NCBI GenBank assembly: GCA_904063045.1
Contig: CAJFCJ010000005.1
Span: 2,474,165-2,538,164 of the forward strand
Reading direction: 5' to 3'
Length of the DNA stretch: 64,000 nucleotides
Source: Dimorphilus gyrociliatus
Lineage: Eukaryota; Animalia; Annelida
Every line of letters starts with the position of its first letter. Within the stretch, counting starts at the first letter, position 1. The translations under genes and the position numbers were made by a program. Shown here in pieces: positions 1 to 13,228 of this stretch. Below the pieces are notes generated by a model, which did not search any database, was not told the DNA's origin, and saw only the letters and a list, made by a program, of their open reading frames with translations.

Positions 1-335
1 CAAATGACAACTGATGCTTCTACTCCTAAAAAGATGGATCCTGAAATGACTACTCACAAACCAATGGAAATGATGACTAAAACAATAGCTTCTCAAATGT
101 CAACTGATGCCGCTACTCCTGAAAAGATGCATCCTGAAATGACTACTCACAAACCAATGGAAATGATGACCAAAACGATCGCTCCTCAAATGACAACTGA
201 TGCTTCTACTCCTAAAAAGATGGATCCTGAAACGACTACTCACAAACCAATGGTGATGATGACTAAAACGATCGCTTCTCAAATGACAACTAATGCCCCT
301 ACTCCTAAAAAGATGGACTCTAAAATGACTACTCA
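1..335 (+). repeat. Coding tandem repeat, 93-bp unit, about 3.6 copies
   Basis: Unit starts (caaatg(a/t)caact) at 1, 94, 187 and 280. Confidence 0.9.
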
Positions 336-522
336 CGAACCGATTACCACATCGAAAATGACAACTGAAAAGACAACTACTCAACAAATCACGACTGATC
401 AAACGACTACTTCTAGAATGACCACTTTTAAGATGACAACTGGCGAACATGTTACGGATAAAACAACAGGAAAGACGACTGGTGGTAGCTCGACTGTTAA
501 TAGAAGACGATTAAATCACTAA
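1..522 (+). CDS. 3' end of a Thr/Met/Lys-rich mucin-like protein (5'-partial)
   Basis: The frame is open from base 1 to TAA at 520-522. It encodes a low-complexity T/M/K/P-rich protein with 31-aa repeats (MTTDASTPKKMDPEMTTHKPMEMMTKTIASQ). Confidence 0.7.
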   Translation, partial: QMTTDASTPKKMDPEMTTHKPMEMMTKTIASQMSTDAATPEKMHPEMTTHKPMEMMTKTIAPQMTTDASTPKKMDPETTTHKPMVMMTKTIASQMTTNAPTPKKMDSKMTTHEPITTSKMTTEKTTTQQITTDQTTTSRMTTFKMTTGEHVTDKTTGKTTGGSSTVNRRRLNH

Positions 523-1174
523 TCTATTGAAAATCAAGGCAAATTGAAAAAGAAACGCTTTATATCTTCTTAAATTTAAATATAAATAATATCTATAGCT
601 GCTATAAAAAATGAATGTATCAATTACAATACTGATATTAATTAAATAGTCAATTAAAAATAGTTCAACCTAATCATATTGAGGCGGTGATGATAATCAT
701 TGAACCTTTCATTAATACTGAATGTTTCCTTGCCTGAATACATTTTATAATCTTCAATATTCCAATGTTTTCTTCTTCCATAAAGAAGTGATACTTTCGG
801 TCAAAAGTTAGAGAAGTTACAAAGCGATGTTACAAACATTTCGATTAATTTTCAAAGGATGTTTAATGAAAATGCTCCAGAGTTAAATATAGATTTTTCT
901 TAAGAGTAATAACTCATGGAAAAAGTGTCAATTGTAAATGACAATGAATATTCAAAAGGTGAATAATTAACAAGTATTGACTTAAGTACTTACTCAATAT
1001 GTAATACATAACGAGGCTATCCTGTATGTTGAGGGTTAGAATGTGGAAAGGATTTTGAAAGCATTTTTTTCCTTATTATAAAGGACAAGGTCGTTTGACA
1101 ACATCATCAGAAATTATTTGCAGATAGAGAAGAATTTAAACAAGAGATAAGTAAAAATAGACCGGTTTAAGAAA

Positions 1175-2629
1175 ATGAACAAGGATGATAATACGTGTCC
1201 AATTTGTAAAGAAGATCTAATAACTAAGAAACCCAAACGATTACCATGTAATCTATCTCATGTATTTTGTAGAGATTGCCTAATTAATTTAGAGAAATAT
1301 TTACAATTAAAAACTGGTGATAAATTCCCTTGTCCTATTTGTAAAACCTACTCAAAATGGCCAAGAGGTGGTGTTGACTCTTTCTCAGATATCGTCATTT
1401 TCGACAATACAAATCAAATTGAAAATGTTGAAGATATCTACGTTGAAAGAATTCAACAAGAGAATTTTGCAGATGAATTCAAGAGAATCTTATTAACAGA
1501 AATTAATAATTCAGAAGAATTGAAAAGAAGTGAATTGAATAAATTAGATAATAAGATAAATATTCTTAAAGCATCTATTAATAAGAAACAAGCTATTTTG
1601 AAAGATGAGTTGGAGATTTTCTATTCTCAGAAACAGTCAAAATTAAGAGAGATGATGAGGGAGTGTGAATTTTTGAAACAAATTCCACCATTATCCGGAG
1701 GAAGGATTAGTTGTATCTTCAGAGAAAAATACGATTCTATTAAGGAAGAATTAACAGAGTTAAGAGAGAAAATAGTAAAAACAGATGCTATACTTGTAAC
1801 TCCCAACGAAGATGTACAAATTGGATCAGTAGTTTTCTCTCATTCTGATCAATCTCGCGACAAAAGAGAGATTTTCGTCGAAGGTTACCTAAGTAAAATT
1901 AGATCATTTAATGGGGCGATCTTTGCCTTTTCATCAACGAAAGATACAATAAGTTGGACAAATATTGAAACTGGAGAAAATATGTCGTGGTCAATGAAGC
2001 AAAATAGTGGATTTTTAGATCAAGAAATATGCCTAGGTGGAGATGGATTAATCTATTTATATCATGGTACAAATTTTGAATCTTCGAGAATTTTTACGAT
2101 AGATTCTCATTTTAAAGAAGCTAGAAAAGAAAAAAAAGTTAAAGCTTACGTTCGTCTAACAGATCCCCAGTACATAACCTTTTCAAATGTTCTATTTTTT
2201 ATGACGGATTCATTATTTATTATGTATGATAAAGCTCAAAAATTATTGGCAAATATGGATTTAAAAAAATCAATTATCGATTTAAAAGTTATAAAAAACA
2301 AGGTTTTCTTTCTACTTTCGAATGGTAAAATAAAGAAAGTTGAAAATGGAAGTTTAATTGATTTAAAAATAACAAAAATTGATGGAAATTTTTCAATAAT
2401 TGACGATATAATTCCAAAATTGAGGGATGATGATAAATTTTTACTTTTTGATGATAGTTTTATATATATGGTTACTGAAAATTCAAAAAAAACAACTGCT
2501 TATTGCCAAAAGCATTTATTTACAAATGATCGTATAAAAGGATATAAAATTGGAATAAATAAGGTCATTTTTGCTGTTGTTAGCAATAGAATTAAAGATA
2601 AGATTACAATGAAATATTTTGATTTTTAG
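1175..2629 (+). CDS. RING (C3HC4-type) - coiled coil - beta-rich propeller-like protein, intronless, putative E3 ligase
   Basis: RING CPIC...PCNLSHVFCRDC...CPIC; coiled coil with ELEIFYSQKQSKL; blade-like motif EICLGGDGLIYLY. Its closest paralogue in the window is 30483-31946. Confidence 0.85.
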   Translation: MNKDDNTCPICKEDLITKKPKRLPCNLSHVFCRDCLINLEKYLQLKTGDKFPCPICKTYSKWPRGGVDSFSDIVIFDNTNQIENVEDIYVERIQQENFADEFKRILLTEINNSEELKRSELNKLDNKINILKASINKKQAILKDELEIFYSQKQSKLREMMRECEFLKQIPPLSGGRISCIFREKYDSIKEELTELREKIVKTDAILVTPNEDVQIGSVVFSHSDQSRDKREIFVEGYLSKIRSFNGAIFAFSSTKDTISWTNIETGENMSWSMKQNSGFLDQEICLGGDGLIYLYHGTNFESSRIFTIDSHFKEARKEKKVKAYVRLTDPQYITFSNVLFFMTDSLFIMYDKAQKLLANMDLKKSIIDLKVIKNKVFFLLSNGKIKKVENGSLIDLKITKIDGNFSIIDDIIPKLRDDDKFLLFDDSFIYMVTENSKKTTAYCQKHLFTNDRIKGYKIGINKVIFAVVSNRIKDKITMKYFDF

Positions 2630-2750
2630 TATATTTTTTTTTATGTTCTCTTTGGTTTTTAAAAAGCTGGATAACATAAATTTCTCTTTTTAATTTTTTT
2701 ATGTTATTACAAAAATAGAAGCTAATAAACAATATTTTTCAAGAAATCTA

Positions 2751-2775
2751 TCTCTCTCTCTCTCTCTCTCTCTCT
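2751..2775. repeat. (CT)n microsatellite
   Basis: Direct reading of the sequence. Confidence 0.95.
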
Positions 2776-2965
2776 TACCTATTTTTCTGCGCTAATATCT
2801 TTATTATAGGATTAGAAAAGCTACAGCTCAAAGGGATATTCTTATTATTTATGCTAATTTTAAACAAACTGATCTGCTGTTAAATGTAAATTGATACTTA
2901 ACTCTGCTCATTATTTCTTCGACAGAGGATTGATTTTCAACATCATTCAGTAGTGTAGTAGAAGA

Positions 2966-5900
2966 ATGATTTTGAAAATATTTTACTTTCTTTCAATTAT
3001 AATTATAACTCAAAATCTCTTTGTTGGAAGTAATGATTGTCCTCCACAAAGTGTAGATAAACTCGATTTTAAAACTAAACATTTACGAGAAGACGACAAC
3101 ACAGTAACTTTGCTGATTGAAGCTAAACATCAAAATTCTACCGCACCTATTGTTTTTCCGAATACAGTACAATTTAAAAACATTAAAAACATGTTTTATA
3201 TATTTAGTTACGCATGTTCAATAAATGGATATGATGACATATTGCACTATGGCCTTATGTATAGAGTGAAAATAGGTAAATATAGGAAAACAATCATTGG
3301 TAATGACAATTAGATTTTTTTAAGATCCTAACACTGATATATTTTCGTGCCTGAGTTATGGAAAGCAATTGTATTGTTCAATGTTAATTTAATAATATAT
3401 ATATGATCAATTTAAAAAGAGTTAAATATGTTTCTTTCAACAGAGAATGGGCAAAATGCAATAGAAAAAGTAAAACAAGAACAGAGATCACATTGGCAGT
3501 TAAGTGTTTTAAAACCAACAAACTATGTAAATTGTTTATATTATAGATACAAAAAAAACCCTTAGACATTTCTGTAACTATTTATAGTTTTCTATCATAA
3601 TAACTTCGGCAAGAACGATCGGTCTTTAGTATATGCTCGATTCAATAGAAAATCTTTTCATTTTTGTCAAAATAAAACAACTAATATCAAAGAGTTGTGT
3701 AAACTTTCATACGAACGTTCACAGTTTATATTTTACAATAAATTTAAACAAAATATCACTGAAACGTTCTTGGCAATAAATTCAACATCTATAATAGAAA
3801 TTAACGAAAGTCAATGCAAAAAAATTGAATGTACAGATGAATTTGGTTTGTCTTGAAATAAAATTTAGATGAATTATACAGTTACTGACACGTTTTTAAA
3901 CTTTTTCAGATGCAACAATTGAACAAGCTTCAAATTATTTTTTTAATGAAAAGCCTAAAAATCATATTGTTGAACCAATATTAGCAAGTCCAAAATATGG
4001 TCCTTTACCCTTTTTGTCGGCATATGATAATATAAACCTTGGAATACTCTTCTCTCTAACTTGTCAATATTTCAATTATTCAACATATGACGATTACCAT
4101 GAGCTGTGCTTCTACAAAGCTTCGTATTACTCAAAACATTCTTTTGCATTTAAATGTGACTTGTCAGCAAGAAATTTAAAGGATTGCAGAGTCGGGAGGT
4201 TTTCTTCAGGAATATCCATTTGTGAAATAAGATGCAAAAATCTAGAAAAAACATTTAAAGGTTTAAAAATTTTTTTACGATATTATACCTTTGATTGATA
4301 GTTAACTTTTTGTTTCCAATCTAGAATCTACTTTTCGACTGTATTCATCTAAAAACAAGATTTTTTATGAAAAACAGAAAGACAAACCCGAGATAATAAC
4401 TGCTGATTTACAAATACATAAATTTCACAAATGGTATAGGGTTGTTGTTCCACAATTTTCTTACTTACATGGACGGGTGATTTCTAAGTTTAATATAATT
4501 ATTAGAGAGATATTCACGTAATTACATTCTTTCTTCCTTCAAGTTTATATGTAGTCATTTTGGATACAAGCACGCAACTTTCCATACTTACAATAAAGAT
4601 TTAGATGAGAAATTTACAGTTTTGTTTTCTATACTATGTAATCTAAATGAAACCAATTTAAATCATTGTGAAAAAATTCTGTTAAATGATCTTTTTGTAC
4701 TTGACGTTGCTCTTTTGAATTGTCGAAATGATTGGCCTTCTATAGGTCAGAATAATCTTTAAAAAAAAAACAACCTTTAATTTGCTATAAAACAATATTT
4801 CACACTTTTTTCAGAATGTTCAGAAGAAAATGAATTTCACTTTCAAGGAAAATGTTTAACTTTTGTCTCATTGTCTCAAAGATTTAGTCTAATGCAAGCA
4901 AACATTTATTGCGAAAGAAGAAACTCCACTTTATTGAATTTAGCCCACTTACACAGCATTAAACATGTAAATATGATGTTACAGCTGTACGCGATTTCGT
5001 TAAGAAGAGGAAAAAAAGCACGCCTTAGTTCTACAGTGGGCTATAAAGCTACCTTTGGTAAACAACATATTCCTACTAAAATGGAACGATTGCTATTAAT
5101 TTACATGTTTTTTTTTTATAGAATTTCACTTCCCATTAGGTAAAACCGTTGAAAAAATAATTAAAATCTCTATCTAAGAATTAAACTCTTTTGAAATTAT
5201 TAAAAATATCATTAAAATTCTAAGCTAAAAGGGTAAAGATGGATAAATTTAATAGATCAGTAATCGTTTCTGGAGATAACATACCTTTTGACATAATCGG
5301 AATTCATGGACCTAATTTACTGAAGTACTTTTTTAAATATATAATTTTTAATATGTTTTACTCATGAATATGCATTAAAAAGAAATAATTTACATTATAC
5401 ATTTGATTGTTTAACACAATTTCGAAGTGACTTGAGAAAATATTTATCCATAAAGAAATATGGAGATTGCTTGTTTACCTTCACCTATAAACTTAACTAT
5501 ACTTCTTGCATGAAAGATTACTATTCCAACTTTTTATGTGAACGTACTCGTGGTAAAATAAAAGTAATTTCTGTTTCTGAGGATTATTAAACTACTTCTT
5601 CTTTCAGATCTTACTCTTCTTCCAGAGAATTTCTCGTACAATAGTCTTGATGTTAAAGGGTTTTCTTCCTGTCCGAAAGGGTTTTTCGCCTGTAAACCCG
5701 AAAATTTTTGTATTAGTATTGTCCAAGTTTGTGATGAGATTCCTGATTGCCCAACTGCCAACGATGAACTAAATTGTAGTGGTTCTATTGAATTTATTTG
5801 CGAAAATATGGAAAGAGTGCCAATGACTTCCCTATGTAACCATCGGATTGATTGTTCTGATAACAGTGATGAAAAACATTGTGGTAAAATTATAATAAAC

Positions 5901-8616
5901 AATGTGCAGTATAACAAAATATACAATGATTAATTCTTTTATAGAATTTAATTGCTTAAACAGCAAGTAATATCTATTCTTAAATAGTTTTATTAATCAA
6001 TAAACAAAGCTTATTTTAAAAACTAAAATATATCTAGTTTTCAATGTAAAACTGGTAAATGTATACCAATGAGACAATTTTGTGATTCGGAGATCAATTG
6101 CATAGATAGAAGTGATGAAGACTGCAAAGGTAGATATCATTTTTATATCTGCACTTTTACATGCTTATCTTTTTAACAGAAAATTGTACCACTTTCTTTT
6201 GTGAAAAACGTTGTCTAAGAGACAAAAACATTTGCGATCTGAAACAAGACTGCACAAAGGAAGCAGCAGAAAAGGACGAAATTCCAGAGCAATGTTTTAA
6301 GGGATATTATAGAAACTTGTAAGACAAGAACGAACTTTTTTTATATGCTTTGGTAAAAAAAATCTTTAATAATAAGCTTTTTATGCATTTTAGTTCCAAA
6401 AAAAATTTCCTGAAGTCGGGTTGTGATCCATTGCAACCCGAAAAACAAATATTTATCAGACATCATTATAACAAATCAAGTAGTGAAACTTTTTGTAGGG
6501 TAAAATATGACTCAATGGGAGAGCTTATAACAAAACCACATTATCCATTTGAAGAATTACGGGAATGTTTACATATCAAATGTAAACAACACGAATATCA
6601 ATGTCGAGACAAAAATTATTGCATATCGTTGGAAAATGTTTGCGATGGAATAAGTCACTGTTACTTTAGCGACGATGAAATAGCTTGTGGTATAAATAAT
6701 TCTCATTTGTAAACAATTTGGAAAAAAATTTCCCAACAGAAACTTTCAAACCAATTGGCTCGTTTAAATGCAAACTTCAAACAATATATTTACACTTTAG
6801 TCAAGTTTGCGATGGAATAATTAATTGTCTTTACGGAAATGACGAAATATATTGTATCGACTATTCAAATCATGATTGCCCAAATTCTTGCGACTGTAAT
6901 AATATTTTAAGCATTCAATGTAACATCCTTCATGAAGGGAAAATTATTGACCTGAATTTCACATACTCTTTTAAGAGTCTCTCCATTATAAATATGCGAG
7001 ATATTGACGATGTCAATTTTCTTCATCCTGAATCGCTTTCACACTTATCAATTACGAATGGTCTTGTCACAAAACTTCCAGATTTTAGATTAATCAATCT
7101 CTTTTATCTTGATCTCTCTAATAATCAAATTAGACAAATACAAGATGTTCAACAGAAATTGAAATTGCTACAGTATTTAGATTTAAGGAATAATCCAATT
7201 GTATGGGATAAGAAACTATCTTTAGCTTTTTCTTATAAACAACTTATGACACTTGATTTGTCTGGAACAAATATCGGACATATTGAAAAACAGTTACAGA
7301 ATTTGACAAAACTTCGAATACTTAAAATGGCAAATTGTAAAATATCCTATATATTCGTTGATGCTTTTAAAGGAACGCAAGATTTGAGACGCCTTTATTT
7401 AAATAATACTGTTCTCCCTTTTATTCTATCAATAACAATTATCAAGCCATTTATAAACATTGAATATTTTTTCTCAGAGAGATTTGAACTGTGCTGCGCA
7501 GCCAGGAAATGGCATTCATCGTTAATAAAATGTACACCAAAAGCTTCTGTTATAAAAACATGCTCAGATCTAATTGGAATAAAAGCACTTAGAGTTATTA
7601 TAATGATTGTTATATTTTGGGGTTTTTTAGGAAATATTGCTGCTATAGTATATCGTTTAAAAACTATTACAAAATCCATGGAATTCATTTACATGGGTTT
7701 AAGTTTATCCGATTTCTTGTTAATTATATATTTACTAATAATAGCTAGTGTCGATCAGAACTTGAACGGCAGATATAGTGAAAACGATCACATTTGGAGA
7801 TTTAGCATTTGGTGTAAAATAAGTGGTATAATTGCAACCACTTCAGTTATATCTTCAAATGTCTTCCTTCTATTAATTACAATTGATAGATATGCGGCTA
7901 TTTGTTTCCCTCTTGAATATCAGAAGCATTCTTTTTCAAGTTTCAAAGTTGGAGTATTTACATTTATCTTATTTATCATTATTATTTTCATCTCAGCTTT
8001 ACCGGAAATAATTTTCAAAGTTCGCTTCCTCTATTTTATTAAATAGTTTAAAGTTATTGACATTTTTTCAATGCATTATAGAATTATTTTTCAAGATCAC
8101 CAGTATGTTTTTCTTTACATTTAACACCAGAAAGAGTTAGCGGTTGGCTATATTCATTTATCATAACTGGAGTATTTAATTTCATTCTCTGCTTTTTAAT
8201 TGCTGCTATATATATTAAAATTTTTATCATAATGTTCAAGTCGAAATCATTTTTAACTCAAGGAAATTTTATAAGCAGAATAAAAAAACTTGCAACAGCT
8301 AGTGCTATAATCATTTTTAGCAATTTGTGTTGTTTTGCTCCAATATCTTTATTAGGTAGAATTCATGTTTGTTTATTTTAGTTATCTCTATAAAATACTA
8401 TTTATAGCATTCTTTACTGAATTTGGATGGATCACTCTAAATAATAATGTATATCCATGGATCATTGTTCTAATCACACCTATAAATTCAATGGTTAATC
8501 CATACATTTATTGCCTATCTAAATACATATCTTACAAAAACTTTCTTAAGAAAAGGAAACTAAAGGAAATGTATATAATGAATTTTTATTCAAAGTTATA
8601 CTGTATTTTATATTAG
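2966..8616 (+). CDS. Multi-exon GRL101/LGR-like rhodopsin-class GPCR: signal peptide, unknown N-terminal region, SRCR-like, C-type lectin, about 6 LDLa, LRRs, 7TM
   Basis: Manual GT-AG splicing links the exons in frame. SRCR-like FICSHFGY...LCNLNETNLNHC (~4545-4745); CTL CSEENEFHFQGKCL...GDC...SC...FLCE (~4815-5545); LDLa repeats such as CPKGFFACKPENFCISIVQVCDEIPDCPTANDELNC and FQCKTGKCIPMRQFCDSEINCIDRSDEDC; LRRNT CPNSCDC; LRRs; hinge ELCC...CSDLI; TM3 DRY; TM7 NPYIY. Some junctions and the 3' end are approximate. Confidence 0.8.
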
Positions 8617-9506
8617 TAATACTTGTTATATTGAATTTTTTAGAAATAATGCTATTCGGGATCGAGAATATTCTGAGAGTAAAGCATGTGACTTTTTAAC
8701 TTTTTAATATATTTTCTCATTTTAGAAAGACTATTTACCTTTTCAGATTGTTTATTTATTAAACAAATGATTACAAATAAGATTTATTATCAAATTGGTA
8801 GAAATATTAAGAATTTCAATTATGTTAAATTCAATTTATCTATCTGGAAAATATATTATTTGAGTAAAGATATTATCACAGCAATATCAGTTTTTCATGA
8901 CAGAAAGTTAACTTTTTCAATGAAATTATCAGAAAAGAATATTTATTTTACAGTATTAAATTCATATTTTTCAAAAATATAGATTAACTTATCAAATTAA
9001 TTCATTTCTAATTAACTTTTTTATGTTAATAAATTCAGAAACAAAGCAAGCGAGTATCTTTTTTCGTTTCAATGGGAAATCTACAATTCAATACCGACAA
9101 GAGGAAACATCAAGAAGATCTTACTTACTTTGGTGTTTATTTGAGAAAAATTCTTCAAAAGAATTCAAAAAATTTCATATCATCCACTTGAAAAGGATTG
9201 AACAGAAAACTCTTGAATATTGATTATTTGCTATTACTTTTTTTGATTGCGTAATAATAAATCTGTTCCTTATAAATTAATTGTAGTAGTTTTTGAAGAA
9301 AACAAACATGGACGCCTAAATTCAAAATCATTTGAATTGGCTTTGGAGAAACGCTTTAAGAAAATATTCTTATATTCTATTTAAGCATAGGGTGAAAAAA
9401 TTGAATAATTGTCAGAAATTATTCTTATGACACTTTTTATTAAGTTTTACAAAAAAATAATGAAATAATTATACATTAAAATACGAAAATAAATAAAGAT
9501 TCAAAT

Positions 9507-10827
9507 ATGGCGTCTAAAGCAATAGTTGACTTCAACCTGGACGAATCTGATGATGCCTTTGCCGAAAAGTTAAAAAGTAAGATCCTCTATGAAATTGATG
9601 TTGCTGAAAAGGAAAAGAAGGCAGAAATTTCCAAAATTCATGAGGGTGCGGCTAATTTAACAGCTTTAATTTCTAAAAATGAATCTAAACTTAATGAGGA
9701 AATTGAAATATTCTACTCCAACCGTCAATCTAAACTTAAAGAGATATTAATCAACTGTTCAGTTTTTGACAAAGATAGGGATATAAAATCAATTCTTAGT
9801 ACAAATAATAAAGTAATCAAGAAAGATTTGTTAACATCATTCAATAAAGCAATAGATGGTACAGCTGAATTTGTAAGTTCTGATAATGAAATTAAATTAA
9901 CATACGGATCAATACTCTTTTCAAATGACAAAGGACAAGGGCAAAGGAGAATAGAATTAGAATATCCAGTAATAAAGGTCAGATCATTTGATTCTGGACT
10001 ATACGTTTTCTATTCGGCCAATTATAGAAATACTTATTTACCTAAAATATTAAGTGGGGAATATGCTGCTAATAATTTCCAGCCAGATCAAACAACTCTT
10101 TCTGGTGCTGAATACGTATATTGTATGAATTTGGAAACTGGAGAAGTGCTAAATGAAAATATTAATGGTTTTTCAATCGTAGATATTAATGCTTTAAATG
10201 ATTTGGCCTATTTAACAAATGATAAAACAGCTTTAATGCATAATTTTTCAACTATGAATAACCTATGGAGTACAGGTTAGTTTGCTAATTTTATATTAAT
10301 TAATACTTAATTATTATTAATCTTATTAAACAATTTAATTCTATTTTTACTTATTAGGCGAACCATCTCTTTACCAATATCAACAACTTAATGATGTGTC
10401 TACTCTATTCTTAGCCGATCAAAAGATATTTATGAAAAATCTATGTATAGATAAATCAAAAGACTTTGTCGATTTGAACATTTCCAATACTGAAGGATTC
10501 TATTTGGACTTGAATCAGGGAATTTTCGTTAAGAATACAAAATTTTTATCCAAAGCAAAAATAAAAACATGGAAACAAGATTCGTCGGAAAATGAATTGG
10601 TTCATTATATTATAACTAAACAAGAGAAGCTTCTTTTCGATCTATTATATATTTATTCAATTAACGTAGAAACATTTGAAGTAACCGTTTTTATGCAGAA
10701 AAATATATTCCCGGACTATTGCATTCTGGGATATAAAATTGTTGATGAAGATACTGTTGTTTTTGCCTTGTTCGATAAAAAGAATATTTGTGAAATAATG
10801 TTAAAAATATGTCGACTAACTAATTAA
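9507..10827 (+). CDS. RING-less coiled coil - propeller-like paralogue of the RING family, 2 exons
   Basis: A phase-1 GT-AG intron at 10276-10357 joins ORFs 9507-10280 and 10396-10827 in frame. It shares EIEIFYSNRQSKL and C-terminal ILGYK...VVFAL motifs with the RING genes. Confidence 0.8.
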
Positions 10828-11050
10828 ATATGTCTTCTAATGAAGGGGAAGTTTTTACAGAAAGTGTCTCGTTTGTTTTCGTAGTTTGTTTTTGTAATAC
10901 AGGATATTGTGTAATTGATGACTAATTTTAAGCATTGTTTTTGAGAAACGGAAATTAGGTTTTTTTTATCTGAACTATTGCATAGTTCATAGTTTTTATA
11001 CTATTAAATACATTTGGAGACTGTGGCCTGAATAGAGACATCCAGAAAAT

Positions 11051-11554
11051 ATGCAAAATTTTTTTGAACAACGTGGAATAGGCAGAAATTCAGCTGATCC
11101 TTTTAATTGCAAGAGACACTCTGAAAAGCCAAAACTCTCCAACGAAAAATCTATGAGCAACCTTAAAGACGAAATTTCAAATGAGATTGAAAAAATTAAA
11201 GAAAAGAAAGAGATGAAGCTTGCTCAGATTGAACAAGAGGTGCGAACTTTGAAGGCTGTGATAGCCAAACACGAAAGTATTCTTAATGAAGAAGTCGAAT
11301 CGTTTTACTCGAATCGCCAATCGAAACTAGAAAGCTTGTTAGAAAGCATATCAACAATAGAAAAGCCTCCTACATCAAATGATGCAGAGATTCAATCTCT
11401 TTACAAGTCTACCTATTCAGCTCTTGAAAAGAAGCTCATAAAAGTGATAGAGAATACTCTATCAGGAGATATTGCTTTTACAGAATCAAAGCTAAACTCT
11501 CAAGTAACAATTGGAGAAATAACGTTACCTATTAAAATTCATCATTCGCATTGA
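11051..11554 (+). pseudogene. Truncated coiled-coil-only paralogue (pseudogene or short isoform)
   Basis: Contains EVESFYSNRQSKL and the linker, then stops before the propeller region. No clear downstream exon was found. Confidence 0.55.
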
Positions 11555-11914
11555 AAAATAATTATCCAGGTCACATGTATTGTTACTCTGACGATTGGAG
11601 TGATTAATAATAATGTAATTAATAAATATAATTAAGATACATTGATCTTACGACACGTTTCGTGAAAAATCTACTCGCGTGCTACGGCCATCAGGTATTT
11701 TACCTTCGTCATCTTTATCACTGTAGAGGGCAAATAGATTCCAAATTTATGAGATACTGCTTTTACACCTAAAAATTAAACAAAGAGAGCGATTGTTTTT
11801 CAAAGACATTTGTATTCAATTTATGTATTATTAGTCGCTTATTACAAATAATTTTTCCAATAAAGTATTAATAACAAGTTTCTTAAGCATTTCAAAAGAA
11901 AACAAAACAATATT

Positions 11915-13228
11915 TTACCCTTTGTTTGCGTTAATTAATGATTTTAATTTATAATTTTTCAAATTAATTTCTTTTATATTTGCTGGATGAAACAATACAA
12001 ATGTAACAGATTCATGACAAAATGGTCTATATCCTAAAGCAATAAAATCACCGAATAAATCTTCTTGTAAAAAAATAGCAACCTTTAATGATTTTTCATC
12101 AATTGAGTAGATATTTTTAGAATCAAATAAGAGTTTTTCACCGTTTTTAAGAATATTATCCAATAAATTATCAATAGTTGGATTCTTTATTTTGGTTTCT
12201 ATTCGTATCTGTGATAAAGAATTAACAACATTTCGATACACTCGTTGATCTTCACCTACAGAGAAGGCTTTATTGCTTGAAAAGATTATGTCAACCATTG
12301 GATTTCGATTTACACATTCATCTCCGCAATAGATCTTGAAATTTGCTAAGAAAATAGGTGAATTATCATTTCGTCTAACGCATCCATAGGAGTGATTGTA
12401 ATTAGCTGTTTTAGATTGAAATAAATGAATACAATTCATTAGCAATAATTATTGGATTATTAACACACCTATGCTGTAAATGTTGTCGATATTTTGATCA
12501 AAGTTCTTAATATCTATACAATCATTCGAAAGGTAATATATATCTTTTGAAATTTCAATATCAATTATTGAAAGCATTTTTATACGATCATTAATAATTT
12601 CTCCGGTTTCTATATTCATACAAAATATAAAATCCTTATCTGATACAGTAGAATCAGATATCATATACTGTTCTTTATACATACTAGCCAAATGCGTATT
12701 CCTATAGGAAGCTGAATAAAATGCATATATTCCAGAATCGAAAGATTTCACTTTCACTAAAGGATATTCGAATTTCACTTTTCTATCCAATTTCGTGAGA
12801 ACAGATCCAATAGCTAACCTATTATTTATATCTGATTTAACAAAGAAAATTTGATCTGTTAATGTATTTTCAAGTAAATTCAGGAAATCGTCCTTTATTA
12901 ATTTCAAATTTGACTTAAGAATAGAGGAAATATCACCACTTTCCACTGATGGAAAATTTTCAAGTACTGAACTATCTTTTAATATTTTCGACAGTTTTGA
13001 TTGACGTTTAGAGTAGAAAACCTCAATTTCATTTTTCAGCATATGTTCTCGTTCTACAATTGAAGATAATAAAGTTGTACTCTCATTTTCAATTCTAGAG
13101 ATTTCATTATTCTTCTCAATTTCTATTTCTTTCATTTCGTCTTTTATAAATTTCTTGAATTTTTCACAAAATTGCTCATCATCAGAACAAATGCTTGGTC
13201 TCTTTCTCTTTAAATTGACCTTTTTCAT
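11915..13228 (-). CDS. RING-less coiled coil - propeller-like paralogue, 2 exons
   Basis: A phase-1 intron at 12406-12468 (minus strand) lies at the same position as in the 9507 gene. Clear similarity to that gene (EYPxxKVxSFDSGxYxFYSAxYRNT; CMNxETGE). Confidence 0.8.

Noticed and set aside
100-450. Minus-strand 116-aa ORF
   Set aside because: Antisense shadow of the coding tandem repeat.
5534-5926. Minus-strand 130-aa ORF
   Set aside because: It lies opposite LDLa-coding exons of the GPCR, which are not listed in the ORF track but are clear on the plus strand.
8767-9400. Short ORFs between the GPCR and the 9507 gene
   Set aside because: AT-rich with no recognisable motif or consistent splice model.
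11555-11800. More GC-rich stretch after the truncated coiled-coil ORF
   Set aside because: It may be decayed 3' coding sequence, but no frame aligns convincingly to the paralogues and no TIR or TSD was found.
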